This document shows positions 1 to 8,102 of a stretch of 32,606 bases of DNA, piece by piece; the first letter of the stretch is position 1, and the number at the start of each line of letters is the position of its first letter. Under the pieces are notes generated by a model. The model made no database searches, had not been told where the DNA came from, and saw only the letters and a program-made list of their open reading frames with translations. The translations under genes were made by a program, and so were the position numbers. Source of the DNA: a virus. The stretch lies in IMG/VR virus record IMGVR_UViG_3300045988_166454, positions 1 to 32,606 of that record; one strand, 5' to 3'.

Positions 1-186
1 ATGCTCGAATACGACGGCCCGGACGTAGAGGGCGCAGTCGCTGCGCTTGTCGAGCACAAGCGAGTTAATCAAGATTGGATTGACCGTCTCGCTGCTTTTA
101 ATGACGAGTATGCCGGAGCTTTTGAGCTTGAACTCGAAGAACTCCGCGCGGGCTTTGCAGCTCAAAATGCCGCTGCTGCTGCATAG
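1..186 (+). CDS. 3' part of a small acidic protein (candidate immunity protein for the upstream MuF-toxin); the 5' part is 32456..32606
   Basis: The ORF runs to the window edge. The same 55 nt occur at the window end inside ORF 32456.., giving ~93 aa when the contig is circularised. It lies immediately downstream of the toxin-like C-terminus. Confidence 0.55.
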   Translation: MLEYDGPDVEGAVAALVEHKRVNQDWIDRLAAFNDEYAGAFELELEELRAGFAAQNAAAAA

Positions 187-208
187 CTAACTGAACCAAC
201 CCTATAAA

Positions 209-236
209 CCCCACCGCGACTTGCGAGTGGGGTTTT
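209..236 (+). terminator. Intrinsic terminator-like hairpin plus T-run
   Basis: ccccaccgcg-actt-gcgagtgggg (one bulge) followed by tttt, 23 nt after the stop at 186. Confidence 0.5.
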
Positions 237-244
237 CTCATGCC

Positions 245-272
245 ACCCGCACCTGCATAGGAGCGGGTTTTC
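245..272 (+). terminator. Second, weaker terminator-like hairpin in tandem
   Basis: acccgc / gcgggt 6-bp stem with a 12-nt loop, followed by ttttc. Confidence 0.35.
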
Positions 273-301
273 TTATACCCATCCGCATGGAAGGAAACAA
301 A

Positions 302-904
302 ATGTTCGTAGGAACCACAGCCCAAGGTCCTGCTGATGAAAAGACTGTCGAAGCTGCGCAGGCAGCTGCCGACGCTACTGAATCCACGCAGGCTACCGAC
401 TCTCAGGAAGCCGCGAAGCCGGAGGCCGAGGCAGAAGCACCGGCAGAAGGCGCCGAAGCTCCCGAAGACTGGAAGTCACACGCTCGCCAGTGGGAGCGCC
501 GAGCAAAGGCAGACCGGAAGCAGGTCGAAGCTTTGACCGACGCGATCAACGGCAAGGATGTAACGATCGAAGATCTACGCACTCAAGTCGCAGATCTCCA
601 GCGCGCTGCCGAGCGCACCGAGAAGATCGCATCAGCCGCTTCCGAATACGGAGTGCCCGCGGAGCTGATCCGCGGAGATACGGACGAGGAGATCGCTGAA
701 TACGCGAAGCGCCTCGCCGAGTGGCGCGGCGAAGCCGCGGCACCTGTGGTTCCGAAGCTCTCAGACTCCGGCGCGGGGGCTTTCCCCGCGCGCCCGGCAA
801 TTCTGTCGATCGATGATCAGATTCTTGCCGCGCAGCAGACCGGAGATTTCAAGCTGTCGTCCCGACTCAAAGCCATCAAGCTCACACAGTTGGCACGCGG
901 CTAA
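302..904 (+). CDS. Capsid scaffolding protein
   Basis: Lies directly upstream of the major capsid gene. The protein is Ala/Glu-rich, helical and charged (WKSHARQWERRAKADRKQVEAL...). The ATG at 302 is preceded by GGAAGGA; the 221 start lacks an SD and overlaps the terminator hairpins. Confidence 0.7.
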   Translation: MFVGTTAQGPADEKTVEAAQAAADATESTQATDSQEAAKPEAEAEAPAEGAEAPEDWKSHARQWERRAKADRKQVEALTDAINGKDVTIEDLRTQVADLQRAAERTEKIASAASEYGVPAELIRGDTDEEIAEYAKRLAEWRGEAAAPVVPKLSDSGAGAFPARPAILSIDDQILAAQQTGDFKLSSRLKAIKLTQLARG

Positions 905-949
905 CCATCCCATCAACACCTTTCTTCTCTCTTTTAAGGAGTTCCTTTC

Positions 950-1915
950 ATGGCATCTATTACCGGAATCGCGACAACCTACAATTGTCTGAACTATGTC
1001 GGCGAGCTTTTCGCAGCGTCTCCCGAAGACACGCCTCTGCTCTCGGCGATCGGCGGACTAACCGGCGGCGAATCCGTCGGCGCATCCGTCATCACGTGGG
1101 AAGGCTACGATCTGCGTGACGCCGATGATTCCCGTCAGCGCACCGAAGGAGCCGACGCCACCGCTCTCGAGGCCCGCGCTCGCTTCTCAGCATCCAACGT
1201 CCTCGAAATCCATCAGGAAGCCGTCGCAGTCTCCTACACCAAGCTCGGAGCAACTCGACAGATCGGCTCCGGCACTTCGGCAGCACAGGTCACCGCAGGC
1301 ACCGTGCCCGCAGACGAGCTGCAATGGCAGATTGACCAGAAGCTGAAGGAAATCGCTCGAGACATCGAGAAGTCTTTCCTCACCGGCGTCTTCTCCCAGC
1401 CCACCACCAACGCGACGCCTCGAAAGACTCGCGGCCTCATCAACGCGGCAACCACCAATACCGCAACCTCGACCCACAAGGCCTCTCAGCTGACCGAGGA
1501 CGAAGTCCTCGACCTCATGCAGAAGGTGTGGACCGCTGGAGGTATTCAGGAGTCCGAGACGCGAACCATCATTGTCAACGCGCCTCTCAAGCGTGCGCTG
1601 TCCCGCATCTTCCTCAAGGATGCAGGCTACCGTCACTCCGATCGCAACGTGGGCGGCGTCAACCTCCAGACTTTCGAGACTGACTTCGGCACCTGCAACA
1701 TCATGCTCAACCGCTACATGCCACTCGACAAGCTTGTCATTGCTTCGCTCGAGCAGCTCAAACCGGCCTTCCTCGAGGTCCCCGGTAAGGGCCATCTCTT
1801 CGCCGAGACTCTCTCAAAGACCGGTGCAGCCGAGAAGGTCCAGCTGTACTGCGAGACCGGCTTGATCTACGGCAACGAGAAGGCCCACGGCGTCCTCACC
1901 GTGGCTCAGGGCTGA
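950..1915 (+). CDS. Major capsid protein
   Basis: 321 aa with a strong SD (aaggag). The N-terminus YNCLNYVGELFAASPEDTPLLSAIGG is typical of an actinophage major capsid family. Position after the scaffold gene fits. Confidence 0.8.
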   Translation: MASITGIATTYNCLNYVGELFAASPEDTPLLSAIGGLTGGESVGASVITWEGYDLRDADDSRQRTEGADATALEARARFSASNVLEIHQEAVAVSYTKLGATRQIGSGTSAAQVTAGTVPADELQWQIDQKLKEIARDIEKSFLTGVFSQPTTNATPRKTRGLINAATTNTATSTHKASQLTEDEVLDLMQKVWTAGGIQESETRTIIVNAPLKRALSRIFLKDAGYRHSDRNVGGVNLQTFETDFGTCNIMLNRYMPLDKLVIASLEQLKPAFLEVPGKGHLFAETLSKTGAAEKVQLYCETGLIYGNEKAHGVLTVAQG

Positions 1916-1933
1916 GAAAGGAACCGCTGAAAA

Positions 1934-2167
1934 ATGGCTAAGAAGAAGACACCAATGGTCACACTCACCTGCCCGGAACACCCGGAACTGCTTGTCACTT
2001 TCCCGCGCGTGGAATTCCACGACGGCTACGCCGAAACCGACGAAGCAACAGCCCAAACCATCATCGACGAACTCGCAGACGACTACGGCATCGCGCTCGC
2101 GGCTCCGGTTCCCGTCGAGGAGGAGGCTCCTGCGGAGGAGGCTCCGGCTGAGGTTGTCGAAGGCTAG
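1934..2167 (+). CDS. Hypothetical small acidic head-module protein
   Basis: 77-aa ORF with SD gaaagga. Pro/Glu/Ala-rich tail. Call rests on position only. Confidence 0.5.
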   Translation: MAKKKTPMVTLTCPEHPELLVTFPRVEFHDGYAETDEATAQTIIDELADDYGIALAAPVPVEEEAPAEEAPAEVVEG

Positions 2168-2187
2168 TAGAAAGGAGAGGGAGGCAG

Positions 2188-2613
2188 ATGTCAAGCCCTG
2201 ATAACCAAGCGGAGGTATTTGCCTCCCTCGCCGACTACGAGGCCATGTACGGGCAGGTGCCTGCATCGGATCGGCAGACGATCACCGCGCAGCTCCAGCG
2301 AGCTTCGCGGATCGTCCGCGACGAGCTGGCATACGCGGGGATCAACGTTTACGCCGAGCGCGCAGCGGGCAAGATCCGCGCGGATACTTTGACCGACGTT
2401 GTTTGCGACATGGTCAATTACTCTGCGCGCCAGCAGGCTGGAGGCGTCCTCCCGGGCGTCACGCAAGCGACCATGACCGGCGGGCCTTACTCGCAGTCTT
2501 ACACGCTGTCCAGCCCTGCGGGGAGCCTGTCTTTCACCCGGCTCCACCGCAAGCGACTCGGCATCCATGCGAGTCGCTTTGTCTCGGTCGACACGATCGG
2601 CGGGAAGCGATGA
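2188..2613 (+). CDS. Head-tail connector/adaptor (gp6-like)
   Basis: 141 aa with SD ggagaggga. Synteny after the capsid gene. The N-terminal LADYEAMYG...ASRIVRDEL pattern is typical of gp6-like connectors. Confidence 0.6.
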   Translation: MSSPDNQAEVFASLADYEAMYGQVPASDRQTITAQLQRASRIVRDELAYAGINVYAERAAGKIRADTLTDVVCDMVNYSARQQAGGVLPGVTQATMTGGPYSQSYTLSSPAGSLSFTRLHRKRLGIHASRFVSVDTIGGKR

Positions 2614-2948
2614 TCCAGGGCGAAACGATCACTGTTCTGAAGCAGTTCCCCGGCCCGATCGACGCTTTCGGCTCATACGCGCCGCGCTGGGAGACCGAGA
2701 CGACGATCGAGAATGCTCTGATCGCTCCGGGTAATACAGCAGACCTTGATCCGGGCCTGCGCGCCGATGGAGACTCGACGACGATCACCGTACACGTCTT
2801 GAAGACGTATACGGGGAGCTTGCGCGGGAAGCGATTCCAGATCCGCGGCGAGCTTTACGACGTCATCGGCGATCCGATCCCTTATCAATCCGAAAACGTC
2901 CCGGGGCCGTGGAATCGTCCCGTGCAGGCTCGACGAGTAGAGGGGTGA
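2610..2948 (+). CDS. Head closure / head-tail joining protein
   Basis: The ATG at 2610 overlaps the upstream stop (ATGA). 112 aa, starting MIQGETITVLK.... Synteny supports the call. The upstream 2403 extension was rejected. Confidence 0.6.
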   Translation: MIQGETITVLKQFPGPIDAFGSYAPRWETETTIENALIAPGNTADLDPGLRADGDSTTITVHVLKTYTGSLRGKRFQIRGELYDVIGDPIPYQSENVPGPWNRPVQARRVEG

Positions 2949-2952
2949 CCGG

Positions 2953-3189
2953 ATGGGCGCGAAAGTAAAGATCCAGATCAATAACCACACTCTTCGCGCG
3001 CTGGCGACTCCCGCTGTCGTCGCAGCTGGCGAAGCGATCGCTTTGGCCGCAGGCGCGGGCTTCGCTTTTGACCTGCGTCAGGGCAAGACGCGCCCGCACG
3101 GCGTCGTCAAGGCTGTGAGCATCGAAGCGCGGCGACGAAACCTGAAGCACAACACTCTGCTGAAGAGCGTGGGGGCTGGCCGATCATGA
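2953..3189 (+). CDS. Hypothetical connector-module protein
   Basis: 78-aa ORF tightly packed between connector genes. Confidence 0.45.
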   Translation: MGAKVKIQINNHTLRALATPAVVAAGEAIALAAGAGFAFDLRQGKTRPHGVVKAVSIEARRRNLKHNTLLKSVGAGRS

Positions 3190-3599
3190 TCGTCGATCCT
3201 CAAGCAATGCTCATGGGCTACCTGCGCGTGCACCTCTCTTGTGAGGTTGTCGCGCAGGTTCCGTCTAAACGGCCTGATTCTTTCGTCCTTGTCGAGAGGA
3301 CTGGAGGCCGTTACACGCGCTTCGCTGATTATCCAGACTTCGCTGTGCAGGCGTGGGGCTTGTCGAAGGCCGAGGCGTCGGCCCTCGCTCAGACGGTCGC
3401 GAAGCTTATCGACGATTGGCCTGCTGCCGTCAGCGCTGTCGCCGAAGCGAGTGTCGAGTCGATCTACGACTTCACAGACCCCGACAGCCGGAGCCCTCGA
3501 TTCCAGCTCACCGCGCACGCGGTGCTTTTCGCGACGGAAGCTCCGTCGTCTGAATCCGATCTCCCCGACTGGGATCTCACCGGGTGGGATCACTTGTAA
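3186..3599 (+). CDS. Tail terminator / tail completion protein (DUF3168-like)
   Basis: ATGA overlap with the upstream gene. 137 aa. Lies immediately upstream of the major tail gene. Confidence 0.55.
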   Translation: MIVDPQAMLMGYLRVHLSCEVVAQVPSKRPDSFVLVERTGGRYTRFADYPDFAVQAWGLSKAEASALAQTVAKLIDDWPAAVSAVAEASVESIYDFTDPDSRSPRFQLTAHAVLFATEAPSSESDLPDWDLTGWDHL

Positions 3600-3633
3600 T
3601 CCTCATCAACCGTCCAGAAAGGGCAACATCAAC

Positions 3634-4209
3634 ATGGGAAAGCCGAACACCGGATTAGTAACTACCGCAAAGCCCCAGAAGGGCGGAGCGATCGCATCAG
3701 CAGCAATGGGCACAACGCTTCCCACTGACTGCGCAACTCCCCTCGACCCTGCTTTCGTCCGTCTCGGATACGTATCTGAGGACGGTCTGACGGACTCCGT
3801 CGAGAAGGATACCGAAGACATCAAGGACTGGGGAGGCGAAACGGTTGCCACCGTGACGACTTCACGCAAGGAAAGCTTCCAGCTGACCTTCATCCAGTCA
3901 CTCGACATCGACGTGCTCAAGGAAGTCTACGGCCAAGACAACGTCAAGCAGGAAGCCGGTAAGGGCAAGCCGATCATCGTCGCCCACAACGGCAAGGAAA
4001 TGCCTCACCGCACATTCGTCGTGGAGATGATCATGGCCGGAGGTTACATCAAGCGAATCGTAATCCCCGACGGTCAGGTCACCGCGGTCGGCGACGTCGT
4101 CTACAAGGCAGGCGAGGCCGTCGGCTACGAAACCACTATCACGACTTTCCCGTCGGAAAAGATCGAAGGCTCGACAGCAATGGAATACATCGCTGTCGTC
4201 GGTGCCTGA
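3634..4209 (+). CDS. Major tail protein
   Basis: 191 aa from the internal ATG at 3634. The sequence LGYVSEDGLTDSVEKDTEDIKDWGGE...FQLTFIQSLD is typical of siphovirus major tail proteins. Followed by the chaperone frameshift pair and the tape measure gene. Confidence 0.8.
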   Translation: MGKPNTGLVTTAKPQKGGAIASAAMGTTLPTDCATPLDPAFVRLGYVSEDGLTDSVEKDTEDIKDWGGETVATVTTSRKESFQLTFIQSLDIDVLKEVYGQDNVKQEAGKGKPIIVAHNGKEMPHRTFVVEMIMAGGYIKRIVIPDGQVTAVGDVVYKAGEAVGYETTITTFPSEKIEGSTAMEYIAVVGA

Positions 4210-4228
4210 TACGAAAGGAACTACCCAG

Positions 4229-4507
4229 ATGGCTAAGCGAACAATCATGGGCGTCAAGCTCGACCTCAAGCCCAACATGTTTGACGACATGGAATACCTT
4301 GAGCAACTCGCGGGCATCCGCGACGGGGACGTCCTGCTCTTCCCCAAGCTCATCCTGCGTCTTGCAGGCGGGGATCCCGCAAAGAAGGCTGAGATCTATG
4401 ACGCGCTCCGAGACGAGTCGGGCCGTGTACCCGCTACGAAGGCCTCAGAGTTCTTCATGATGGCGATGGAGGCTGTTGCCCCAAAATCGCCTTCCTCGCA
4501 AAGCTGA
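4229..4507 (+). CDS. Tail assembly chaperone (short, G-like form)
   Basis: ATG at 4229 preceded by gaaagga. Located between the major tail and tape measure genes. Confidence 0.75.
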   Translation: MAKRTIMGVKLDLKPNMFDDMEYLEQLAGIRDGDVLLFPKLILRLAGGDPAKKAEIYDALRDESGRVPATKASEFFMMAMEAVAPKSPSSQS

Positions 4508-4881
4508 TCTTCGAGTATCCAGACGAGCTGGAAGCTGATTTCTTTCGCTTTTTCCAAGCGCCTTGGCAAGCCTTCGGGGTAGCTACAGCGGCCCGGCTGG
4601 CGAACGTGATCGCTCGTCAGCCGGAGTCGTGGATCTACCGAGCGGTCGATCCGGATTGGCGCTGGGGAATCGCAGAACACATCGCTGCAATCCAAGCTGA
4701 CAACCTGAACACGTTGGTTTGGGCGAAGACGAAAGACGCTGCGAGGGGCAAGAACGCTCCGAAACCGATCCCGCGGCCTCACGCTCCGTCTAAGAGCGTC
4801 TCTGAGGATCTAACTCCCGAGGAGATCGAGGAGATCCTCGCGCGGCCTCGCACAGAGGTCACCGATACGGAAACTATCTGA
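4229..4881 (+). CDS. Tail assembly chaperone, -1 frameshift-extended form (G-T analogue; join 4229..4486 with 4486..4881)
   Basis: The -1 frame is open from 4480 to 4881 by manual translation (PKIAFLAKLIFEYPDELEADFFRFF...). The slippery heptamer lies in the correct phase. Confidence 0.7.
4480..4486 (+). promoter_or_regulatory. -1 programmed ribosomal frameshift slippery site C CCA AAA
   Basis: X XXY YYZ heptamer in zero-frame phase (codons cca aaa at 4481..4486), 18 nt before the G-form stop. Confidence 0.7.
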
Positions 4882-4910
4882 CGAATTAAATAGAGAAGAG
4901 AGGTGGCCTC

Positions 4911-7900
4911 GTGGCTGAAGGCGCTGGCGCAGATCTCGGAACCGCATGGCTGAACGTCGTCCCAAGCTTCCAAGGCTTACAAAAGTCGATCGAGTCTGAG
5001 CTTGGCGCAGTCAACGTCAGCGGGGCTACCTCTTCGTGGGGCTCGCGTCTCGGCGCGAGCCTGACTCGCGGCATCGGTGGAGCGCTGGAGACGATCGGGA
5101 AGCTCGGCCTCGGTGCAACTGCTGCAGCCGTCGGCGGAATCGGCGCAGCCCTCGGAGCGTACATTCCGGAGGCGATCAAGGCCTCGGACGCCACAGACAA
5201 ATTCCAGAACACTCTGAAATTTGCTGGCGTTGATCCGGGGAAGATCAAGGATCTGACTGCTGCAGCGCAGACCTACGCTGACAAGACGATCTACGACCTG
5301 CAGGACATCCAGTCGATGACGTCGAAGTTGGCCGCGAATGGGGTCAAGGGCTTTGACAAGCTTGCCGAGGCTGCGGGCAACCTGACCGCGGCCGCGGGCG
5401 GCGGCAAGAATGAATTCGCGGCTTTCGGGTACGCGATGGTTCAGGTCAACGCGGCTGGCCGTTTGATGACTCAGGACTGGAATCAAATCGCAAACGCGAT
5501 CCCCGGTGGCGCGGGCAAGATCATGGCAGCGCTTAAGGACATGGGAGCCTACACCGGCGACTTCCGCGACGCGATGGCTAAAGGGAAGATCTCAGCCGAG
5601 GATTTCAACAAGGCGATCGCGCAGCTCGGCTTTGACGAGGTCGCTATCAAGGCAGCTCAATCGGCGACGACTTTCGAGGGCGCGTGGGGCAACCTCGAGG
5701 CCTCGCTGAATAAAGAGCTGACCGGCTCGCTGCGCGAGGTCAAGAAGCCGATGACCGAGCTGATCAACGCGGTCGCCGATGGTCTCGTCCCGCAGCTGGG
5801 GGAGAAGCTTGCTCCTGCAGCGCAGAGCGCTGCGGGCTGGATCCAGCGTCTCGCTGACTCGGTCAAGAGCGGCGAGACCAATATCAAGTCCCTTAAGGGG
5901 CAGCTTGAGGCCGTCACTGGCGGTTTCGGGGCGATGCTCGCGGCTGGCGCGGGGTTGAAGAACTTCCAGCAAATCGCGGGATTCTTCGGAGGCCTCGACG
6001 GGGAACTCGGCAAAAGCGCGGGATCGATCGGGGACTTCGCCAAGGGGATCCCTGACGCGGCCAAGACTCTTGGCTCTCTGAAGAATCTCCCCGGCGAAGT
6101 GACCGGCGCGTTCGGGCAGATGTCCAAGCGCGTCACCGCAGCTCGCTTTGAGCTGACCGGCGTCTCTGATGGCTTCTTCGACACGCTTTTTGGAGGCACG
6201 CGCCTCGGCTCCGCGCTCACAGCGGCTAATGGGAAACTGGCCTCCGGCATGGGAGTCTTGAAGACAACCGTGATGCGCTCAGCTGCGACGACAGGCTTGG
6301 CTTTCGACACAGTGGCCGCGCGGATGTCTCCGGCGGTCTCTCGTATCGGTGGCGTCGCCTCCTCGATCGGTGGGAAGATCATCGGCCCGATCGCGCCGAT
6401 CGGCGCTCGAGTGCGCGCGGCTTTCGCGCCTCTTGGCGCTGCTTTCGATGGTCTCGGCTCTAAGCTGTCGGGCCTCGCGCCGAAGGCGAGCCAGTCTCTC
6501 GGCAAGCTAGGCAGTCTCTTCGCGCCCGGTCGGATGCTGAAATTCCTCGCGTTTGGTGGTCTCGCTGCTGCTGCTTTCGCTGGTATCGGCGCGATCGTCC
6601 AGCAGGGCGGAGTGGAGCTGGTCGCCCAGATCGGTAAGACTCTGCAGGGCCTGCCAGGGCAGATCGCGCTTTATGGTGACAAGATCGCTCAGGCCCTTCC
6701 CGAGGCGCTTGCCACGGGCACGAATGTCATCACGATGGTCATTAATGCCATCACGCAGTCGATGCCGCAGCTGTCTAACGCTTTCGGGAAGATCGTCCCG
6801 GCCCTCGTCAAGGGCCTCTCTGACGCGCTCCCCGTGCTCCTGCCAGCGGTCGCTCAGATGATCACAGCGATCACGACAGCGCTTGTGGAGAATGCTCCGA
6901 TGTTGATCGAGTCGGGCCTCCAGCTCTTGCAGGGCCTCGTCGATGGGATCTTCGCAGCCCTCCCGGTGCTGATCGCAGCTCTCCCTCAGATCATCCAAAC
7001 CTTCATGGATGGATTTCTGCAGGCCCTGCCGCGAATTCTGGAGATGGGCACGCAGCTGCTCCAATCGATCATCGACGGGATCTTGCAGACTCTGCCTGCG
7101 CTGATCGCGATGCTTCCCCAGATCATCACGACAGTGATCAACGGTTTGGTGCAAGCGTTGCCGCAGATCATTCAGGCAGGCGTCGGCATGCTGAATGCGC
7201 TGATTAATGGTCTGATTCAGGCGATCCCGATGTTGATCGAGGCACTGCCGACGATCATTACGACGGTAGTGGACACTCTGCTCGCTAATCTTCCGATGAT
7301 TATTGAAGCTGGTATCCAGCTCCTGATCGGCGTTATCACCGGCCTCGTACAAGCGATCCCTCAATTGATCGCGATGCTCCCGCAGATCATCGTCACGATC
7401 GTCACGACCCTCGTGCAGAATATCCCGAAGATCATCACCGCGGGTATTCAGATCCTCGTCGGACTGGTCACGGGCATCGTGCAGGCGATTCCCCAGATCG
7501 GCAGCGCGATCGCCCAAGTCGGCTCGAGCATCCTCTCCGCTGTCGCGGGATTCCCTCGGATGCTTTTCGAGTCCGGAAAGAAGATCATCTCCGGCTTGAT
7601 CGACGGTATTAAATCGATGTTCTCAAGCGCGAAGAATGCAGTCTCCGGCCTCCTCTCCGGCATCCGTAACCTCTTCCCCTTCTCGCCCGCTAAGGAAGGC
7701 CCTTTCTCCGGAAAGCAATGGACACTCTATTCCGGCATGTCGATCGCAGAAGCGCTCGCGGACGGTATGCAGCGACGAGGCCACCTCTTCAAGGAAGCTG
7801 TCGCCGAGACCCTCGCTGAGGGGCAGGCACAGATTCGAGACCTCGAAGCCGGTCAGCTCAATGCCGTCGGTGCGTATCGTCGGGCTTCCATGATGTCGGA

Positions 7901-8063
7901 TTGGACTCTGGGTAAGACGCAGTCGGCTCGCGAGCTTGTCGTGCGCGATGTCAATGATCAGTTGGTCGGTCGGATGCGAGTTGAGGCATACGGAGTAACG
8001 GGCGATGCTCTCGGCAGCGTCTCTCGAGGGTCTCTTCGCGAACGCATCGGTATCAGCCGCTAA
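4911..8063 (+). CDS. Tape measure protein
   Basis: 1050 aa with a GTG start after gagaggtgg. Long Ala/Gly/Leu-rich helical protein with a periodic LPQII/GLVQAIP repeat block (about nt 6850..7520). Confidence 0.9.
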   Translation: MAEGAGADLGTAWLNVVPSFQGLQKSIESELGAVNVSGATSSWGSRLGASLTRGIGGALETIGKLGLGATAAAVGGIGAALGAYIPEAIKASDATDKFQNTLKFAGVDPGKIKDLTAAAQTYADKTIYDLQDIQSMTSKLAANGVKGFDKLAEAAGNLTAAAGGGKNEFAAFGYAMVQVNAAGRLMTQDWNQIANAIPGGAGKIMAALKDMGAYTGDFRDAMAKGKISAEDFNKAIAQLGFDEVAIKAAQSATTFEGAWGNLEASLNKELTGSLREVKKPMTELINAVADGLVPQLGEKLAPAAQSAAGWIQRLADSVKSGETNIKSLKGQLEAVTGGFGAMLAAGAGLKNFQQIAGFFGGLDGELGKSAGSIGDFAKGIPDAAKTLGSLKNLPGEVTGAFGQMSKRVTAARFELTGVSDGFFDTLFGGTRLGSALTAANGKLASGMGVLKTTVMRSAATTGLAFDTVAARMSPAVSRIGGVASSIGGKIIGPIAPIGARVRAAFAPLGAAFDGLGSKLSGLAPKASQSLGKLGSLFAPGRMLKFLAFGGLAAAAFAGIGAIVQQGGVELVAQIGKTLQGLPGQIALYGDKIAQALPEALATGTNVITMVINAITQSMPQLSNAFGKIVPALVKGLSDALPVLLPAVAQMITAITTALVENAPMLIESGLQLLQGLVDGIFAALPVLIAALPQIIQTFMDGFLQALPRILEMGTQLLQSIIDGILQTLPALIAMLPQIITTVINGLVQALPQIIQAGVGMLNALINGLIQAIPMLIEALPTIITTVVDTLLANLPMIIEAGIQLLIGVITGLVQAIPQLIAMLPQIIVTIVTTLVQNIPKIITAGIQILVGLVTGIVQAIPQIGSAIAQVGSSILSAVAGFPRMLFESGKKIISGLIDGIKSMFSSAKNAVSGLLSGIRNLFPFSPAKEGPFSGKQWTLYSGMSIAEALADGMQRRGHLFKEAVAETLAEGQAQIRDLEAGQLNAVGAYRRASMMSDWTLGKTQSARELVVRDVNDQLVGRMRVEAYGVTGDALGSVSRGSLRERIGISR

Positions 8064-8102
8064 TCCCTCAGTGGAAGTTATACCTATATATAAGGAGTAA
8101 AA

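Noticed and set aside
3241-3633. N-terminal 131-aa extension of the major tail ORF
   Set aside because: It overlaps the tail-terminator gene in another frame and is Arg/Ser-rich. The internal ATG at 3634 begins the conserved major tail sequence.
5657-7517. Long - strand ORFs (282 aa and 336 aa) antisense to the tape measure gene
   Set aside because: They lie entirely within a confidently coding + strand gene. They are Arg/Asp/Pro-rich and low-complexity, as is typical of shadow ORFs in GC-rich DNA, and they have no SD.
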